Below, piece after piece: positions 56,581 through 64,000 of a stretch of DNA of 64,000 nucleotides (positions within the stretch are counted from its first letter, which is position 1; each line of letters opens with the position of its first letter). Source of the stretch: the human T2T-CHM13v2.0 reference genome, Homo sapiens; NCBI RefSeq assembly GCF_009914755.1, contig NC_060932.1. One strand, 5' to 3'. Both the position numbers and the translations under genes were made by a program. A model generated the notes under the pieces. The model worked only from the letters and a program-made list of their open reading frames with translations, was not told the DNA's origin and made no database searches.

Positions 56581-57626
56581 AAGCAGCTCTCATAGAGGCT
56601 TGAGATATAAGACTGCCAAATTCTTCTGTGGAGGCAGGGTGCCTGAGGACAGCTCAGGAGAGAGCTGCAGTTAGGAAAGGCAAGGCTGGCTGTAGGGTGG
56701 GAATAGGCTGGAGGAGGGAGGTGCCTGGAGGTGGGGGGACCACCCTGGTCTGCTGTGTTAGTCTAGATGGGAAAGGATGACGACCTGAATCCATCTGGCA
56801 CCTGCACCTCAGAGTGGCCTCCATGCTCAATAGACTGCTTCATGATTTCATTTCAGGGCCAGCCACCCAGCACAGAGCATGGAGTGACTTGCTTAAACAA
56901 CAATACAGCCCACATAGAGGGAGCTCTTGGCAAGAGTCCATCCCTGTGCTAAGGGCTTCTGATACTTTATCTCATTTCATCCACACAAAGATCCTACAAG
57001 GCAGGCACCACTCCTCCACTTAGGCATAGATGCAATTGTTCTTGCTGTTGTTTTTGGTAAGCTGAAAGTAACACTAAATAAGGGGCCTCTAAAGACATTT
57101 CTCATCAGCAGGCAGAGTTGCCCTGTTGGTCCTGGAAGTAGGTTTGTTCTCATCTCTCTATAAATGTTCTTTTGTTTTTGATCCTTAAGTAGGGGAGCTT
57201 CGGAATTATCAACACCCCCATTTTACAGACGAGGAAGCTGAGTTTCAGATGGGCAAGGTGGCTTCCCAATATGACACAGCCTGTGAGTGGAGTCCCTGGT
57301 CTTGCTCCCTCCATGGAGGGTTAGGTGTAGGGAGACAAGGGCGGTGGCAGCACCATGCAGGTCTTTGACCAGAAGAAAAGCCAGTGTAATTAACAGTAAT
57401 AGACAGACTAAAGTTTCAGAAGGAAGAAAAGTTGTGTATACAGTAAAAACCCTCTGATCTAACACATGTGAGAAAGACAATTGGCCATTTATACTTAAGC
57501 CTAAAGCTGGGAATCATTAAAAGACAACATATATTATTTAACTTTTTGTAGGAAACATTCAATGTATATTGGTTTACTGTGAACTTTTCTTTAAGAGTAA
57601 GCCACGGATGGGCATTCAGTGTCATT

Positions 57627-58461
57627 TCCTCCTCCTCCTCCTCCCCACCTTCCTCCTCCCTCCTCCTCCTCCCCACTCCTCCTCCTCTTCCCCTCGTCCT
57701 CCTCCTCCTCCCCTCCTCCTCTTCCCCTTGTCCTCCTCCGCCTCCCCTCCTCCTCCCTCCTCCTCCTCCCTCCTCCTCCTCCCCACTCCTCCTCCTCTTC
57801 CCCTTGTCCTCCTCCGCCTCCCCTCCTCCTCCCTCCTCCTCCTCCCTCCTCCTCCTCCCCCCTCCTCCTCTTCCCCTCGTCCTCCTCCTCCTCCCCTCCT
57901 CCTCCTCTCCCCTTCCTCCTCCTCCTTCCCCCTTCCTCCTCCTCCTCCCCCTTCCTCCTCCTCCTCCCTCCTCCTCTTCCCCTCATCCTCCTCCTCCCCT
58001 CCTTCTCCTCTTCCCCTCATCCTCCTCCTCCTCTCCCCTTCCTCCTCCTCCTCCCCCCTTCCTCCTCCTCCTCCCTCCTCCTCTTCCCCTCGTCCTCCTC
58101 CTCCCCTCCTTCTCCTCTTCCCCTCATCCTCCTCCTCCTCTCCCCTTCCTCCTCCTCCTTCCCCCTTCCTCCTCCTCCTCCCTCCTCCTCCTCTTCCCCT
58201 CCTCCTCCTCCCCTCCTCCTCCTCCTCCCCTCCTCCTCCTCCTCTCCCCTTCTCCTCCTCCTCCTTCCCCCTTCCTCCTTCTCCTCCCCTCCTCCTCCTC
58301 CCTCCTCCTCCTCCCCCCTCCTCCTCCCCCCTCCTCCTTCTTTTTCCCTCATCCTCCTCCTCCTCCCCTCCTCCTCCTCTTCCCCTCATCATCCTCCTCC
58401 TCCTCCCCCTCCTCCTCTTCCCTTCCTCCTCCTCCTCTCCCCTTCTTCCTCCTCCTCCTCC
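57627..58461. repeat. (CCT)n/(GGA)n polypyrimidine tract, about 835 bp
   Basis: Plus strand almost exclusively C/T. Confidence 0.97.
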
Positions 58462-58762
58462 TTTGAAACACAGCTTTAGCTAGTCTTTCCGAAGCATCCA
58501 ATTTAGCTTTCACAGAAACAGGAAGTCTTTCTTTGTGTACTTACAGTTGATCGATGTATTTAATATTTAATTAAATTGGGTAATTGCAATAGTAAGTACA
58601 ACAGATAGAACAGGTTTGGGAATAAATCCAATCTACTATTGCAAAGTACAGGATCCACCAGAAAAGAGAAGGGCTCCTACCCAGTCCCCAGCAGCCACCA
58701 GCCTTCAGAGCCCCAGGGCATGCACCAATAGACTTTGCAGAGTAAATGGAGAGTGCTGGTTA

Positions 58763-59113
<351 letters not shown>

Positions 59114-60116
59114 GAAAGAGCCCCTACTGACAGAAATACACACAGTATATGTTTGTGTATGCCAGACACTTGAAATGAATGAATGAATGAAATACTTGTG
59201 TGGAAATGATTTTGCTTTTCTAATTCTTTTTTCCTTCTGGCTCAATCTTTTATAAAGACTGGTTCTAATTTGAACTGGTTCAGTAGGATTTTAAAAACAG
59301 CTGATTTTGTTTTCCGTGCAGTAAAAAAAAATTGCTTGGGTTGGGTTCAGAGTTCAGAAAATTAGTGCAGTCCATTTCGGTTTATGAGTCATATTCTCCT
59401 GGTCCACATTACTCATAGCAAGGAATGATTCAAAACCAGTGCCTTTTCCTTCTGGCTCTGAGTCTAAAAATGCCTTAGGTCTCTTTTGTTCTGAGCTGTT
59501 CCTGTTCTAAGCAATCCTAAAATGACACTTATTGGAGACCAAAAATCATGAACAGAAGGAGACTGACATAAAACCCCACTTGATTGTGATGCTGAAGACA
59601 GTCATCACACTATGGAGTCGGCAGCCCCCGTGGAAACCACTAACTCCTCTCACTCAAATGCTTGCTGAGCAGATTGGCCCTCCCAGCTGCAGGCCTGTTT
59701 TCCAGGAAGAGGCCCAATCCCATCGCAAAAGCCCTGCAGACTCCCCAGGGACTGGTCAAAAGCTAGCTTCCTTAGTTTCCCCATTTTGTACTCATATTTC
59801 TCGGATGTTCTTTCTTTTCCCTTCCCTTGTGTGGTATTAACATTGACTGTACACATTTTGGGCTTGTTTAACGTTGTTTATGTTAGGAACAAAAGACATC
59901 AGTATTTCTGGTTTAGTCACAAAGAAGTCATGGGACATTCTCTTCAGAGCCTTGGGACAATTCCTTGGGTACCAGGCGGCGGAGATCCAAGGAGCACTCA
60001 GTGACAGCCTGCCTTGGGCACAAATTCTGCCATCCAAAATGGAAGTACAATCAGTCCACATGCAGGGCATTACGTGATTTGCTTTGATTCTTCTCATGGC
60101 CTCCCCACCTCCCCAC

Positions 60117-60412
<296 letters not shown>

Positions 60413-60657
60413 TCATGGCCCCTTTTTATAGGAGCTGCCTTCCTACTATCTTGTCTAGCTGTGCTGTTTTCAAGATGTCAAAATTACCCTTGTAGCATGA
60501 ACCATATGGTATTGGATGAATGTTGAAGACATTGTATGAACTCATGTTTAGCTGAATATAGATCCAGATGGATCTATATCTATGTCTATAGCTCTATTTA
60601 TGTCTATGTCTATGTCTATATCATCTACCTACATATATGTATAAATAATTATAGATA

Positions 60658-60957
60658 AATTGGAGGCCATTATTCTAAAAGAAGTAACTCAGGAATGGAA
60701 AACCAAATACCATATGTTCTCACTTATAAGTAGGAGCTAAGCTATGGGTAGGCAAAGACATACAGGGTGGTATAATGGACTTTGGAGACTAAAAAGCAGG
60801 GAAGGGCAAGGGGGTGAGGGACAAAAAACTACATATTTCTTACAGTGTATGCTATTCGGGTAACAGTTGCACTAAAATCTCAAACTCCACCACTATACAA
60901 TTCATCCATGTAACCAAAAACTACTTGTACCCCAAAAGCTATTGAAACTAAAAAAAG
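60658..60957 (+). mobile_element. L1PB/L1MA 3' end (5'-truncated insertion)
   Basis: GGAGGCCATTATTCT...GTAACTCAGGAATGGAAAACCAAATACC...GTACCCCAAAAGCTATTGAAA plus A tail. Confidence 0.85.
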
Positions 60958-60975
60958 ATGTGTGTGTATACATGG

Positions 60976-61333
60976 TGTATTAGTCTGTTTTCATGCTGTT
61001 GATAAAGACATACCTGAGACTGGGTAATTTATACAGGAAAAAGAATTTAATGCACTTACAGTTCCACGTGGCTGGGGAGGCCTCACAATCATGGTGGAAG
61101 GCAAGGAGGAGCAAGTCACATCTTACGTGGATGGCAGCAGGAGAAAAAAGAGAGCTTGTGTAGGGAAACTCCCCCCTTACAGAATCATCAGATCTTGTGA
61201 GACTTATTCACTGTCACGAGAACAGCATGGGAAAGACCTGCCCCCATGATTCAATTACCTCCCACCGGGCCCCTCCCACAACACTTGAGAATTCAAGATA
61301 AGATTTGGGTGGGGACACAGCCAAACCATATCA
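60976..61333 (-). mobile_element. THE1 solo LTR
   Basis: TGTATTAGTCTGTTTTCATGCTG...GGGACACAGCCAAACCATATCA. Confidence 0.92.
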
Positions 61334-63689
61334 TTGGGTTAGTATACATACTTATATTTCCTACTTCTGACTGCTGAGTTGGCTCAGAAGCAATGACACC
61401 CCAGTAGCAATGAGCAGAACCAGGGTCTACATCTTGGTATCCAACCCCATTTTCCAATAAAAAGAGTCAGGGCTCCTTGAAGAAATGACTGATTCTGGGG
61501 CTGGGAAAGGGAATGTGCAAGATGGGCCTGGAGCATCTCGTAGGACTCTATATGAAATAACTCAGGAATGGAAAACAAAAGTATACCACCCTGTATACCT
61601 TTGCCTACCCATAGCTTAACTCCTGCTTATAAGTGAGAACATATGGTATTTGGTTTTCCATTCCAGAAACTAAAGAAATACTGAAAAAGCAAAATGAGAG
61701 GGTACGTCAAAGGGACACAGAAGCCAACTGCAAGAGTTCCCAACAGAAAAAGCTGGAACTATTTGAGCAACAAAATAAATAATATACTATTGGGTTATAA
61801 CCCAAAGTATACAATAAATTATCATAAATCTATACTGATTTAAAATAATTAGTGACTATATCAATAAATGGGGAAGAACAGACAAATCTCCTGTTTAAAA
61901 GAATATTAAATAATTTATGTAGATACTCCCCCTCAAGGAGGTGGGACCTAACTCTACATCCCTTGAGCATGGGCTGCAGGTGGGGACCTCCTTTTAATGA
62001 GTAAAGTACAGAAAGGGGGAACAAGAAGAGTAACTTTTTAGTGGAGAGACCTGACCAACACTATCTGAGCCGGGTGTTCAAAGTCAGCCTCAACAGTGGT
62101 ATGTGGTATTGGTAGCATGTTAATAGCACGTACCCTTGATCGGATGTGATAAGAATGGTACTTTACCTCTATGATACTCCTCAAACCCATAACCCCAGTC
62201 TAGCCATGGGAAAAACATCAGATAAACCCAAATTGAGAGGACGTTCTACAAAATTCCTGACTGGTACTCCTCAAAGCCGTCAAGGTCATGAAAAATAAGG
62301 AATATCTACGGAACTGTCACAGCCAGATGGCGCCTAAAGAGACACGATGAACAAATGTAACGTGGTGTCCTGGATGGAACCTGGAACAGAAAAGCAACAT
62401 TAGGTAGAAACTAAGGAGAAGCGAAGGAAGTCTGGGCTTTACTCAGCTGTGATGTATCAATTCTCATTTATAAGTTATGACAAATGTACCGTATTAGTGT
62501 CAGTGATATGGGAAATTGGCAGTAGGTATATAGGAACTCTTGCTAATGTTGTTACAACTTCTCTGTAAATCTAAAATTTACAGAAATAAAATAAAATGAA
62601 GAGTTTATTTTGAATAATCTTCCTGCACCCCTGGCCATTTCTTTTCTTTCTCCTGATCCTATGTCTCCCAACATACTGGTCTGCACCCTATGCCCTGATC
62701 ATGAGAGAAATTGCCTCAATATGGACAGGCTGACTTAACATCTCTTCTGGGGGCTTTCACTCATTGGCACGGGGAGGTGAATACTATTTCTGGTTTTCTG
62801 GCACCCTTATTTCTCAGCTTATCTACTTTCTGGGGGCTTATCTGAGGCATTTTGATTGGCTCTAACATGGTTTGAGACATTGTTTGGAGTCTGGAGGAGC
62901 TCTGTGCATTCGTCTCTTGCTGCTGAAGGAGTCAGGCTGCACGCCTTTGGCCAGGAACACGTTGCCTGTGGCTGAGGATGGTGGGGTCTTCTGGGGGCTG
63001 TCACGTCTGACCCTCAGTGGGCCGATATCCACTAAAAAGCAGCCGTTTGTCCCTCGTCACGATCTGCTTCCTTCGCTTCTTCTCTACCTCGCTCCTTTAC
63101 GTGGTAAAACCTGTCTCATCTAGACCATTATTTTCATCTCCCTTTTCCTCTTAATCTTCCCTTTTCAACACTCTCCTGAGGAGAGATTTACAAGGATTGA
63201 TGATATGGTTATACGGGGGTGCCTCGAACATCAGAACTTAAAATTTTTAAAATAAGAAACTGGCAACAAGGCGTTCTGTCCAGGCAGGAGTCTCTTGAAT
63301 GGCTCAACCCCTCTTAAGTAAAATAGATTGTGTGCAATGCCAGAACCAGCCCAGATGCTCCCTCTGTGCAAATTAGCAGAAAGCACCCTCTCTAAGCAGC
63401 TACCGACCTGCAGCAAAGTCTTGGTGTGGGGAGAACGAGGGCTCAATTTCAGACCCCAGATATCCCCTCAGCCAGGCAGCTTTGCACAGTAGCCAACCTA
63501 TACAACGATTCACTGTGACCCTAAAATGTACAGTGGGTAGCAGCTCATTTTTCCAGGGAAACAGCGTTCAGGATAATTATTTCTTCTCATACTGGTTGGT
63601 ACCTGAGGACAGGGTGCAGATTGTCTTTGGAGTCCCCTGGGAGAATTGAGATTAAGACCTAGACCAAGGGGAATGCTGTCATCAGTTCC

Positions 63690-64000
63690 TATTGGTTCAT
63701 AAGAGCCAATTGCTAATTTTTCAACACTTGTAGAAGCTGGTTGCTAAACATTTTAAAAAATTAAGTTATATAAATGTACAATGAAAATATATTGATAACA
63801 GATGTAATAAATACTCAAAATTCATTCCTAATTATGGACTTCATTTTACTATTGACTATGCTTTTCAAGTTATTGACGTCTCTTGTATGTGTTTGGTGGG
63901 AACACTCTATATCCGTGTGCTACTACTCTGCTTTTCTAAGCCAGGGCTCTATGTCGTCATGGCACTTTCTTGAAATTGGCATGGTGAGAGTATTTACACC
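63690..64000. mobile_element. MER63-like hAT-Blackjack fragment, running off the window
   Basis: AGAGCCAATTG...GCTGGTTGCTAAACA...TGAAATTGGCATGGTGAGAGTATTTACACC. Confidence 0.55.

Larger units (their letters stand above)
60470..62610 (+). mobile_element. L1MC 3' region with nested insertions (L1PB/MA end, THE1, inverted duplication)
   Basis: CAGAAGCAATGACACCCCAGTAGCAATGAGCA, GGAAAAACATCAGATAAACCCAAATTGAG and TCTGTAAATCTAAAAT motifs. Confidence 0.75.

Noticed and set aside
57569-58483. P/S/L-rich and G/E/R-rich ORFs of 250-300 aa on both strands
   Set aside because: Artefacts of the (CCT)n tract.

Overview
This is human (primate) genomic DNA with one real protein-coding gene, KLHL38, a BTB-BACK-Kelch CUL3 adaptor on the minus strand. 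It has three coding exons (40044-38695, 34132-34027, 33146-32857; 1746 nt = 581 aa + stop). There is also an inferred non-coding first exon ending at a perfect GTAAGT donor (40704) and a ~1.3 kb 3' UTR ending after AATAAA (31576-31571). From recall, this is 8q24.13 between FBXO32 and ANXA13, neither of which falls in the window. The rest is intergenic and repeat-rich: Alus (including a near-consensus AluYa5), MIR/L2/L1M fragments, solo LTRs, hAT/Tigger MITEs, very long (CCAT)n and (CCT)n tracts, and several short tandem duplications. I find no evidence for a new multi-gene system. The best leads are regulatory or structural: a uORF-loaded leader, a FOXO/MEF2/TEAD promoter, a CA-rich tract at the exon 2 donor with a possible truncated isoform, a locally templated inverted L1 duplication, and non-B-DNA tracts. 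Repeat subfamily names come from remembered consensus sequences and need RepeatMasker/Dfam confirmation.
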